From positions 3,158,587 to 3,222,586 of the forward strand of contig CM120648.1 of NCBI GenBank assembly GCA_051362555.1: a stretch of 64,000 bases of DNA. Direction: 5' to 3'. The stretch is from Lingula anatina (taxonomy: Eukaryota > Animalia > Brachiopoda). The position numbers were made by a program, and so were the translations under genes. Positions 35,784 to 47,379 of this stretch are shown in pieces. The first letter of the stretch is position 1; every line of letters begins with the position of its first letter. Under the pieces are notes generated by a model. That model searched no databases. It was given only the letters and a program-made list of their open reading frames with translations, and was not told the origin of the DNA.

Positions 35784-38700
35784 GATGATGATGATGATGA
35801 TGATGATGACGATGATGATTTCAGGGCAGTGGGAGGAATCTAGACAGTAAGATCACACAAGCTTGGTGTATGGGGAAAACTGGACAGAACGTTCTTGTGG
35901 CGGTGGTAGACGACGGCGTGTGGTCTAGGCACAGAGATCTCAAAGACGCAGTGGTGAGTATCGTGCCACCCTTCCTGGGCTATTCACTGTCCCTAAATTC
36001 CCAGACATAAAATTTTCATGGCAAATCTGACTGTGTACTTAGTATGTATTTGAACCATAACTTTCATCAGTTGGTTAAGTACATGTAGTCTATTTGCTGC
36101 AGAACAGAGGGCAATCTTCTTGCCTACGATGGATATACAGTTGTAATACGAAAAAGTTTTGTACGGCCAACTTAACAATAACCATTTAAAGAAAAGCAAA
36201 AAAAAAGTCAATACATTATTTAAGGTTACAAGCCTTGACTCATATCAAACGCAATGCTGCAATTACAGAATTCGATTTTTTTAAGAATCTAGATAAGAGT
36301 TACGACTACCAAAGAAACTGGGCTGGATCATCCGATCCCGGGAACCTGTGGAGCGACAAGTGAGTGACATGTACAGTCGGGTGAATAAGTAACTTTCCGA
36401 TATTATCCGGATAGGCCTACAGTATTTTAATCCCCATGTATCTGTGATGTTACAACTAAATTCCATGTCATTTTAAACCGTCAAAACATCTAAGCGGATT
36501 CAGCATTCAGCCCTTCCCAAATGAAGAAAAAACACACTCTAGCTGTGAGTGTAAAAGATATTGCTTTGTTTTGTCACTGGGGGGGGGGGGGGGGGGGGGG
36601 GTCAGTGCAGACTTCATATTTTGTTAATTTCTTATTATCTAATAGAAAATATTATTAAGTTGTATAGAATGTAGTTAATTTGGTTAATTTGGTATTTTAT
36701 ATATACCAATCTTGTTTCAGTCATGGTACCAGCGCTGCAGGCATCATAGCCGCTGCACCTAACGGAGTATGCGGGGTGGGCGTGGCACCCGGGGCTAAAA
36801 TAGCAGGTAGGAGACTGCTGGGGTGTATGAATCGGCTGGCCCAGCTTTGGTTACATTCAAGCATAACTTAGGTTGGTCCAGCGTTGATTATAATGCATAG
36901 TATTCCTAGGGTGGCACAGTGTTAATTGATACAGCATTACCTTAAGGCCCTAGGTTGGCATACCGTAGGTTACCCAGCGTTGCCCACAGTTGGCTACAGC
37001 GTGCCATACAGTGCGTTGACCCAAAAATTGACCCAATGCTTGCTAGGGTGTCATATGGTATTTGACTGAACATCCAACTTAGGGGCCACAATGAGGGTAT
37101 GAAAGAGAATAAAGTCCAAAAATGTTGAACAAATTTTCTTAATCTTTGACGAACTTTCAATTTTCTGCTACAGGTATACGTCTCTATGGAGACAACCCTA
37201 CCACTGATCTCATGGAGGCAAACGCTCTGACGTCATCCATGTATGACGTCAGCATTTACAGCTGTAGCTGGGGGTCTGCAAGGACCGGGTTTGACTTAAA
37301 ACCTCTTGGAGCACGTGCAGCTGAGGCCCTGCAGAGGGGGGCCACACAGGTACAGGATGGCCCCCAGTAGGGGTTGAAAACTTAATTGTTATTCGTCTAA
37401 AAGAAGAATTCCTGAAAAGCTACTTATCTTTTCCAATTCAGACCTTAAAAAGGAAGGTACATCCCGTAAACGTTAACGATTGTGAATCCCTTAAACGATC
37501 CAGCTTTTCCCAATGGCGTAGATGACAAATTCCAAAAGCATCTCCTTTTAGGGTCGAGGAGGCAGGGGGTCCATATACGTGTTCGCTTCGGGCAATGGCG
37601 GCTCGAACGGGGACAGTTGCGCTTATGACGGGTTTGCCAACAGCATCTACACCATTCCGATCAGCGGAGTGACAGCGGACGGAGAAATGATGTCCAGCGG
37701 AGAGCAGTGCGGGGCAATAATGGCGACAACGTTCACGAGGGATTCCAGTAAAGACTGGACACCGAATAGAATCGTAAGATCATGCTCTAACAATAAGCTG
37801 TTATGCTGGATACCTTTAGTGTGATATTTTGACACAGATAATATTAAGCTTTTGACAAACGGGTTTCAGGAGAGGTTTTACTGAGTTTGAAATTAAAATC
37901 ATAAGACTTCACAATACTATAAGGTGAAACATACCCCAGAAACTAAGGTAAAATGTGAACAAAAATTCAGATTTGTAAAAAAAAAAAAAAACGGAAGTGA
38001 ATAAAAGATAAATTAAGAAAAAATAGATTAGCATGAATGCTCACTGCACTGAATCTACCGGATATTGGTATAATAACTGAAATATTTTCCTCGAAAAATT
38101 TCCAGATTACACCAGGAACCACAGGCAGATCATCTTGCACCAGCGATTTTGGGGAGACCTCGGCGGCAGCGCCCCTGGCGGCTGGTATAATTGCCTTGGC
38201 GCTGGAGGCGAAGTAAGCACAGTATGAATAAGCACAATGATTTTTTTTACGATAGAGGGTTTTAAATCATTTCAGCTACATGTTATCAGAAATGACGCGA
38301 GTTATTACTGTTATTGCTATTGATTTGTAAATCTTCATTAATTATCTTATTTGATTTTAACATAACAATGAGAAAAAAGATGCTTTACCTTCATAAAGTA
38401 AATAGATAAATATGTGTTTTAAGTTTTAAAAATGTAACATATAATAGGCCTACTAATTCATTCTTCTTTTCTGTTTCAACAGCCCTCGTCTTAGTGCCCG
38501 TGACGTGCAACATCTGATCGCAGAAACTGCCAACAACAACTTTGGTAGAGGCAATCTCTGGTCCTGGAACGCGGCAGGGAAAAAAGGTGACGTCATAACT
38601 GTACACGCTCCTTAAGCCCCCCCCCCTCCCCTTTACACTGGACGACGTTCTTTCTGCGTCCCGAAGTACGGCCCCGTTTGAGAGTTTAAAAAAAAGTTGT

Positions 38701-40249
38701 TATTATTTTTTCCATCCTATAATTTCTGATTGTTTGTATGTGTTTTTCTAGTGAGTCGTGCTTTCGGTTTCGGTTTGCTGGACGCCGAGAAGATGGTGCG
38801 CTACGCTGAGAAATGGCGATCAGTACCAGCCTTAAAGTCCTGCGAGGTAACTCTGCGCAATATTAACAGGTACAAAAGTAACAAATATATAGAGATAATA
38901 TTTATAATTCCATTCTTGGGATCTTTCTTTTGCTGTAATATTTGCAAAATATGTTGTTTGGCATGGTCTGTATGGTTTGCCACAATATTAACAGTGCGAA
39001 TGCTCCAGTAAAAGAAGGCCTAATTACACGTATAACCTCATTCTCCTAATCTTTACTGTAATGTTGGCAAGATTGTAAGTTTGGTATTGTGCAGCGTAAA
39101 TTATTATATTATATTATATTATATTATATTATATTATATTATATTATATTATATTATATTAAACAGAACCATTCCTGGAACCGTGTCCCTAGATCTTCCA
39201 AGCTGGAAATGCGCTGTCAATCACGTGGAGCACGTGCAGCTGTACGTGTTGACGAAATTCACCAAGCGCGGCTTTGTCAAGGTCAACCTGCGTTCCCCGT
39301 CCCGCACGGAGTCCGTCATGATCCCCGGTAGACCCAATGACCAGTGGTCAGCGTATCTGGAGCTGACAGTGTCCAGCGTCCAGTTCTGGGGAGAGCAGGG
39401 CCGAGGCACGTGGCAGGTGGTCATCGATAGCCTGTACCCTAACCAAGGCCATTCTGGTAAGGTGGACAAATTTTGAGAAGATGGTTGAGGTGGCGACGTT
39501 AAATTTTCTTGTTTGGATATACATGTACAAGCATTTTGTGATATTGATAGTAAGCTGCATGCCCAAGCCAAACAAAAATTCAATCAGTATTTTTTTTACT
39601 TATAGTTAGGATCCCCTTACCCCCTTTTAATATCTTAAACGTTGCCTACAAGGCCCTTTTCCAATAAAGTTCATCAGACAATTTTAAGGCTTTTTTCTCA
39701 GAAATATTTACATACATTCCTATGATATCCTCGTTTGTAGGTACCGTGTACGACGTGAAGCTGGTAGTTTACGGAACCCAACAGTCCCCGCCAAGTCAGA
39801 CGCCATCTTCTGTCAACAGCGGGTGCGCCAACCAGCAGCAAGTGACGCTACCACCAGTCACCAAAGCCACTGTAAAACCCACTCAACCCCCTGTCACCCA
39901 ACGGCCAGTGACATCCCCATCCTGCTCGTGCAAGACACTGACCAACCCTTACTGGGGGTCGAATCTCAAAGTTCAGCTCCAGCAGGGTAGCGAGATCTAC
40001 GAAATCCAATGCCCGCAGAACATCGTGAGTTCGGATATGTCGATTGACTGCCAGATGAAGAAGAAAACGTACACAGTTCAGGGCAGCAGCTGCGGATGCG
40101 ACTTTAGCCGGTGGAGTTACAATGGGGCTTCGTGGTGGGTCACCGTTGGCGGAGAGAAGTTCCTCATTTCCTGCACGATAAGCTCACCCTGGACAATGGT
40201 CAGTTACCCCTGTCGGGGAATCAGGAACAGTTCGCCGTTGATTGGTTGA
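32517..40249 (+). CDS. PC-B: divergent kexin/furin-family (S8B) proprotein-convertase-like gene with signal peptide, prodomain (exon 3 disrupted or shortened), S8 domain, P domain and Cys-rich tail; no transmembrane segment
   Basis: Exons (+): 32517-32572 (MVWFFALWSLCFIITAEC), 33368-33479 (YTNQWAVKILGG..KYGF), 35029-35097 (end uncertain), 35398-35493, 35825-35953 (VVDDG), 36286-36359, 36721-36806 (HGTSAAG), 37174-37349, 37552-37773 (ASGNGG), 38106-38212 (ETSAAAPLAAG), 38483-38586, 38752-38869, 39167-39456 (P domain), 39741-40249. About 715 aa if the 35097 donor is used. Confidence 0.9.
35743..35819. repeat. Compound (TAT)n(GAT)n microsatellite abutting a PC-B splice acceptor
   Basis: The run ends about 5 nt before exon 35825. 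Confidence 0.9.
39101..39160. repeat. (ATATT)n pentamer microsatellite abutting a PC-B splice acceptor
   Basis: The run ends 6 nt before exon 39167. Confidence 0.9.
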
Positions 40250-41543
40250 TTCTGTAAGTCTAGCGCGATGTGATTGGTAAAAAAAAACTTTTAACGCCGA
40301 GTTCATTTTTGATGGCAATTTTGGACGCTGTGCCAAAATAAAAAAATCCTTTCTGAAATTAAAGTAGCGCTAAGTGATTGTACTGGATTTTTTTGACTGA
40401 AGTCATCCTTTTTAACTTTTTGTCTCAATAAAATCACAACGAAAACGTTTAACAGTGGTGTTATGCATATATTATCACGAAGCCGATTTTTGTATTGGTA
40501 ATGAAATCATACGTGTCCATAAGTTTTCTTCAAAAATGCCAAAACTTAACACTTTATCACCAAGGGCCTACACCTTGCCCAAAATTGTTGAAAAAAATAA
40601 CAATCTGCAAACCCGTTTTTGAGTTATAGGTTTTTTAAATCTTCTGTTGTTATTGTAATGGAAATTGTATATGGTTAATTCTCTCGTACATGTAATTATA
40701 GGCCTTAACGGTAAAATTAAAACTTAAAACATGAAATCGGACTGTAGATCTTCATTTTCTGGTAATCGAAATTTCCAGAAAATTCATTATTTGCTTTTTA
40801 AAAACCGAACTTGCATTACTCTAAGTAACAAGTTAATTTTAAGGCTCTGGGGGTCATTGATGTTAAACTCAAAAAAAAAAAAAATAAAAAATAAAGAATA
40901 AAAAAAAACACATCGTAGAAACTAAAGGCTATAGGCCTACACCTGTACACGTACATGCGCTAGATCTTTGTCGTCTCTAAAAGAAGTAAATTGTGGTCGA
41001 CTCTACACTAATACGGAGTGTATTCCTCAAAGACGGTACACTGAAATATTGGAGAGTAATATTTCAATAAATCAAAATATTTTTTATATTCTGGTAGGCC
41101 TAGGAAGGTAGGCCTAGGCCTACATGAAAGTCAAAATGGGCTACTAAGCTAAACTGAAACTAAACTTAGACTGTGGTCTGAATTTTTAACAATATTATTT
41201 GTAGATCGTTTATCTAAAGTTGGCTGGTCTATTGAAAAAAAAAATTCCATTTTTAGGGGCCCTTAAGCGGGTCCCAAACCCCACGCCAAGGGGGGGGGGG
41301 GGGGCAGCTTCGCATCCTCGGACCCCCCCCCCCCCCCCCCCCCTCAAATAATACTGGATCTGCCCTGTAGCATCAGTTTGGATGCATTGATCCAAATATG
41401 CATATATGATACAGACTTAAAAAATGATTGCGAAGTATCCGCTTCACTAACAGACTGTCTGGACTCCGTAGTAAGCCTACCCCTTTTCTGTGCCCCGTCT
41501 CAGTCCCGTCTCGAGTTAGTGACCCAGAATTTGACTGATTAGT

Positions 41544-41609
41544 GTCACGTGACCACCACAACAAAGATGGCTGACGTCAAAACAAGAAAATCGAGATTGC
41601 TTCTTTGAG
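41544..41609 (+). promoter_or_regulatory. Probable promoter and first non-coding exon of the DISP3-like gene
   Basis: Palindromic E-box/CLEAR GTCACGTGAC (41544-41553), YY1-like AAGATGGC (41564-41571) and CRE TGACGTCA (41572-41579), followed by donor GAG|GTGGGC at 41609/41610. The DISP3 coding exon begins at a splice acceptor (53016), so an upstream exon is expected. Confidence 0.5.
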
Positions 41610-43813
41610 GTGGGCTTTTATCTTTATAACATCTTAACGAATTTAGTCTTAAGATGCGATGATAATCATTTTAAGTCAATTAGCATTTTTAGTGGTAGGT
41701 AGCTATTTGAATCTATCTTTAAAGAAGCCTGTTTGAAGAAATGCAATTCTTTTCAAAGTGACGTGCTTGCAAACAAAGAGCTGTAGAGCAAAAATGGCTT
41801 CATGCAGTCTGACTCATAACTTGTCACGACAGCCGTCGTGATCTGAAATAGAACACCAAGGTGTAAAAACAGTGTTGCACAGCTTATTCTTGGCATGTTT
41901 TTTAGCTGTTCTACTTTACCGTGATTGCCTCAGGGAAGCGATTTTAATTTGTATTTTTGCTCATGTACGACTGACAGCTGATCGCATCTTAGAAACCAGC
42001 CACAATATAACACAGAAGAAAAACGAGTTCTATATACCTTAGACATACCAAAGTTCCATGATCGGATGGCTTATTTGTCTTTAAAAATGAATGTAATGCT
42101 TGAAAACATTGATAATGATAGTTTAATTTTAAGTCTAAACATGTGGGTAAACATGTTAGTGGCTTCACGTTGCAAGCACTTGTTGAAGACAAAATAAGTA
42201 TAAAAACTGCCATGCCAGGGACAGCAGGAGAGTTGCAGGAGTAATTAACCTCTCCCCCCCCCCCCACCCCCCCCCCCACCCCCACACACACACACCTACA
42301 GTTCTCTCTAACTTTTGTATTCATCCTTTGTTAACCCTTTAGATTCAGTCGTCATGTTGAGGATCAATAATGAGTAGGATTTGCTTTCACATTAAAGGGT
42401 CGACAGTAGCATTAAAGACATTTTAAGGAAAGTACAAGATTTTATACACATGTCAAAGCTGTTGACACTCTGCGGCACCACGAGACTAGAAAACATGGGA
42501 GATTGAAGTGTGAGGTAGGTTTTACTGTGTTCCTGGATAATGTTGACAGGTGTGTCTTTTTAGAAAGCAATACAAAAATGACACCCAAAACATGTTGAAT
42601 TTCATAGACTATAATTCAACAGAACATATGAAAAAACAAACAGAGATATACCTATAGATAAATAAAGTGAACCTTTGTTTTGGCTGTAGTAGTTTGCCAT
42701 TATTTCTGACCTCTCTGTCCTCCAGATTCTGTGAAAACTCACTTGATTTTATGCCAAGTCGTCATTGAAGTTTTAGTCTATCTCCAATGATTTCCACTGG
42801 TCTAAAGACTTTATGCACACTGCAAGTATTGTCCTCCCATTGTACCGAGAGTGGCCTCCATATCTGGGTCACTACCCTGGGCTGGGACAGCTATTATTTT
42901 GCGAAGACAGTTTAAGATTTATTGTGTTCGGTCAAAAAAGTGAAATGTTCAAATATGTGCTGTGTACTTTTTTGGCCATTTTCAGACTTCGGTTCAGGTA
43001 TTCCTATACCAAATGCTTGCTTCTTAAAGTACCGCAATGTAAATTTATTAAGCACTCGGGTATTAATTGAGGTTTAAGAGCATGAGTTATGATTGGTTTC
43101 TTTTATTAAGTTAACGTGGAAAAGATATTTCACAAGTGACGTGATGCAGCCACAGACACAAAAAGCAGCATTCAAATCAATATTAATGGAATATGGAGTA
43201 TGATAATGGAATGTGAAGTAGGATAATGGACTATATTGAGTATGATAACTGATCATGAATGAGTTACTGGAGCAGGAGGATTTCCTCACTACAAATAAAT
43301 GGTTTGACTTAGATTTTATGATATTCAATTCTGTTTTTTTTTTTTTTCATTGTATGTACTGTTGATAGTTGATATTATGAATTTCATATGTACATTATAA
43401 TCCTGCATTACTTAGGTTTTATGATAATCTCACCATTCATAAAAAGCAAAACTCTTAGCCTTGGTCCAGCTTAAAGATTAAAAAAAATACTGGAATTCTT
43501 TAAGAGTTGTTACAAGAACACTGATTGTATAAAAAAAATTGTTCAAATGTAGATGAGAATTAAATGGAGACTTTTCAGTAAAGGCTGTTAAAGCTGGATG
43601 GATGTCAAATTCATATGACAGTAACAACAACGGTGCCGAAGGACATATCTTAACTTGATTTGGAAGACAACAGTAAGAAATGCTCTCTTCAGTTGAAGAC
43701 TGTTGCACAAGATAATGCTTTGTAAGAAATGGCAAGGAAAGGTTATTTGAAAGCTTTTAAAAGTGAATTGGCTTTTTTCCTGTTTTTTTTTTCTTGTTTT
43801 TTTTTTCCTTTTT

Positions 43814-46800
43814 ATGTACAGACACAGATGTGTCTGTACATATAGCCATCACCTGCGTCTGTCGTCGCCGTCGCCGTCGTCGCCGTGCACTTTTACCGAT
43901 AACACGATAAGTGGAAAACCGTTTTTTCTTTTGGTTTGAAACTTACAGAATTGATGAATATTCATAATACGCAGGTCAAGTTCGAAAATCAGCATGATCG
44001 GGCCATTTTTAGGGTAATTATGCTGTTTTTTCACTTTTTTCAGCATATATGCAGCACCGATAACACGATAAGTGGAAAACCATTTTACCTTTTGGCTTGA
44101 AACTTACAGAACTGATGAATATTCATAATACGCAGGTCAAGTTCGAAAATCAGCATGATCGGGCCATTTTTAGGGAAGTTATGCTGTTTTTTCACTTTTT
44201 TCAGCATATATGCAGCACTGATAACATGATAAGTGGAAAACCATTTTACCTTTTGGCTTGAAACTTACAGAACTGATAAATATTCATAATACGCAGATCA
44301 AGTTCGAAAATCAGCATGATCGGGCCATTTTTAGGGAATTTATGCTGTTTTTTCACTTTTTTCAGCATATATGCAGCACCGATAACACGATAGATGGAAA
44401 ACCATATTACTTTTTGGCTTGAAACTTATGAAACTGATGAATATTCATAATACGCAGGTCAAGTTCGAAAATCAGCATGATCGGGCCATTTTTAGGGAAG
44501 TTATGCTGTTTTTTCACTTGTTGATATTTCCCTGTAAACTCCCAAAGGTTAAGCTCTCTGCTAGATAACATAGTGTCCATAATAAGGAAGCAGTGAATAG
44601 CAGCTTCATTGGAATTATATTTTTGTTGTTTTCTTTTTAATTTTTTCTCCAACACTGGCATTTTTAAGATGTGATTTTTAACGTCTATCCACCTGAGGCT
44701 CTGCACATTTTCAGTATTTCCACATAAGCAGTTGTATTGGTATTTATGTCTTTAAACACGCTGTAATATTATTTTATGCACTGTCATCATTTTTATGTAC
44801 AGACACAGATGTGTCTGTACATATTGCCATCACCTGCGTCTGTCGTCGCCGTCGCCGTCGCCGTCGCCGATCATGTCGCCGTGCACTTTCAGCGTTAACA
44901 CCATAAGTGGAAGACAGTTTTACTTTTTGGTTTTATATTTACAGAGCTGATGAATATTCATAAAACGCAGGTTAAGTTCGAAAATCAGCATGATCGGGCC
45001 ATTATTGTAGAATTTATGCTGTTTTTTCACTTTTCAGCATATATGCAACACTGTTAACACATTTCAAGGAAAACTGATAGGCCTGTTGTCATGAAACTCA
45101 CAGGAGTAATCAATCTTACTAAAACGCAGATCAAGTTCGAAAATCGGCTTGATGGGGCCACTATTTTAGTAGTTATGCTGTTTTTTCACTTTTCAGCATA
45201 TTTGCAACACTGTTAACACATTTCAAGGAAAACCCATAGGCCTGTTGTCATGAAACTCACAGGAGTAATCAATCTTACTAAAGCGCAGGTCAAGTTCGAA
45301 AATCAGCATAATCGGACCATTATTTTATAAGTTATGCTGTTTTTTCACATTTCCTCAGATTCAATTCTTAGGCATGTTAACAGTCTCATTATTTAATTAA
45401 TAAGATACGTAAAAGTGTTTGTTTGACATTTCCTGCATCTTTACAACATTGTTAGTTGATTTTGTAAAAATGATGGTAAACTTGTTATCGTGTATTGTGT
45501 AATAAGGTATCAAAAATGGAAATAAACTCATATCATTGCAGTTTGTAAGATTCAATCATTCACTATGTTCAGAAACTCAGAATGGAGGAAATTGGACATT
45601 TGACACTGTTCTATTGATATTTTTCACATCTCATCAATTTTCTTAGTTGATCATATAAAAATGGCAGTAAACTGTTAATTTTGTTTTATGTTAAAAAAGT
45701 GTTAAAAATGGAAATAAACCCATTTCAGAACAGTGCTGTCTTGTTTACATTTTGGCATTTTCAAGGTGTGACTTTGAAGTTCCATGGGCCTGAAGACCTT
45801 TGCTAGTCACATTTTCTGAATATCCATAATACTAATATTTTATCATTAAAAATTGATGGTCATTATGCTGTTAAACGTTATGTAATATTGCATCAAAATT
45901 TGGAAAAAAAATATTTTGGGCACTGCTCCCATGATGACCATTTAAGAAAAATCATGTCACTTACTGTTCTCAAACTTACAGGAAAGAAACACGGGACTAA
46001 AATACAGCTTCAGTAGGCAATGCAGTGTGTTTGGTAATTCTTTCTGCTAGTTAAACAGTTTTTTTTTTTTTTTTGTGAAAATTTAATTTTTCACATATTG
46101 GCATTTTCAAGGTGTGACTTTGAAGTTCCATGGGCTTGAAGACCCATGCTAGTCACATTTTCTGAAAATCCATGATATGTATATTTTATTATTAAAAATT
46201 GACGGTCATTATGCTGTTAACCATTATGTAATAATGCATCAGAATAGAAGAAAACACAATTTTGGGTGCTGCTGCCATGATGACCATTATGGGAAAACCA
46301 TGTTACTGATGATTGCCAAACGTTCAAAAAAGAAATACAGGACTAAAATGCAGCCTGAGTTGGAAAAGCAGTCTGATTGGCTTCTTTTTCTGGAAGTTAT
46401 TCATTTTCAAAGTGTGAACTTGAACTGCCATGGGCCTGAAGCCTTATGCTTGTTACACATTTTACTTACATTGGTATTACCTGTTGAGCATAATTAAAAT
46501 TTGATGTTGAATTTGCAGTTTAACATAATGTACTTTTGCATCAGAATTGACAGTAGCCTATTTTGTGCATAGTTATTTCCTGCTTTTTGTCTGTACATTT
46601 GACAGCTTTGCTGCCTTGTTCATATATTGGGACTTTCATCATGTGAATTTTAACTCTCATGGTCCTGAAACTGTAATCTTATTGAAGGGGTGGATTGAGA
46701 CCATTTTCTGGGTCTCCTGGAAGACAGTCAGATTTTAAAGTTTATATTTACGGGTTTCTGTTGGAAGACCATCAAAATGGAGGATGGATCAACAAAGATA

Positions 46801-47002
46801 CTTTGGAATACTGTCAGAAAATATCTCTGAATCTGCTCCTGTTATTGACCATGTTACCTGTTGTGCATGATTAAAAATCAGTGTTGACTGACTGTGCTAT
46901 TATAAGCATATATTATTGCATCAAAATTGACAAAATGACCTATTTTGCATCTTTTTTTTTCTGTTTTTTTGTCTGTACATTTGACAGCTTTGCTGCCTTG
47001 TT
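43814..47002 (+). mobile_element. Two nested Helentron-associated (HINE/DINE-1/pearl-like) non-autonomous elements with ~160-bp internal tandem repeats
   Basis: Two 5' ends (43814, 44795) consist of a T-run, the hairpin ATGTACAGACAC-AGAT-GTGTCTGTACAT and a (GTCGCC)n microsatellite. Two 3' ends (46589-46620, 46971-47002) consist of GTCTGTACAT, a short hairpin CAGC-TTT-GCTG and a T-rich flank. Tandem units have period 161 (44041/44202/44363). Confidence 0.7.
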
Positions 47003-47159
47003 TCTTTCTTTTTTTTTGTACAAAAATGTTTGATGCCTTGCCATTTTCATCTCTTTGCTCAGGTGAGCTTTGCTATGGCTTCTTTATCAGTGCTTAATTT
47101 CAGTGATGATAATATCATCATGTTAGAACAAATAAGGTGGTGAAAGCAGCATTGACTAT

Positions 47160-47379
47160 ATGACCCAATTTCCAGAGATTAGATCGATCTACTTTAGATC
47201 AACCTAACTCCCTGGGGGTTCACGCTAAATAGCTGTCAGCTGGGCGGACACGAAAGTTAATTACCCCCTTACAGCTTGTAGTAGGCGGGACGGACATTTA
47301 AGCCGGATTATCTGACAGTAATCTAGTGAGACTCCCCTCGGGGATAGATCGATCTAAAATCTCTGGGAATACAGCCTAA
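47160..47379. mobile_element. ~220-bp MITE, copy 2
   Basis: Highly similar to 9233-9452 along its whole length, in the same orientation. Confidence 0.75.

Noticed and set aside
43890-44520. Regular repeats as a possible CRISPR array
   Set aside because: The units are contiguous 161-bp repeats with no unique spacers, there are no cas genes, and the context is eukaryotic.
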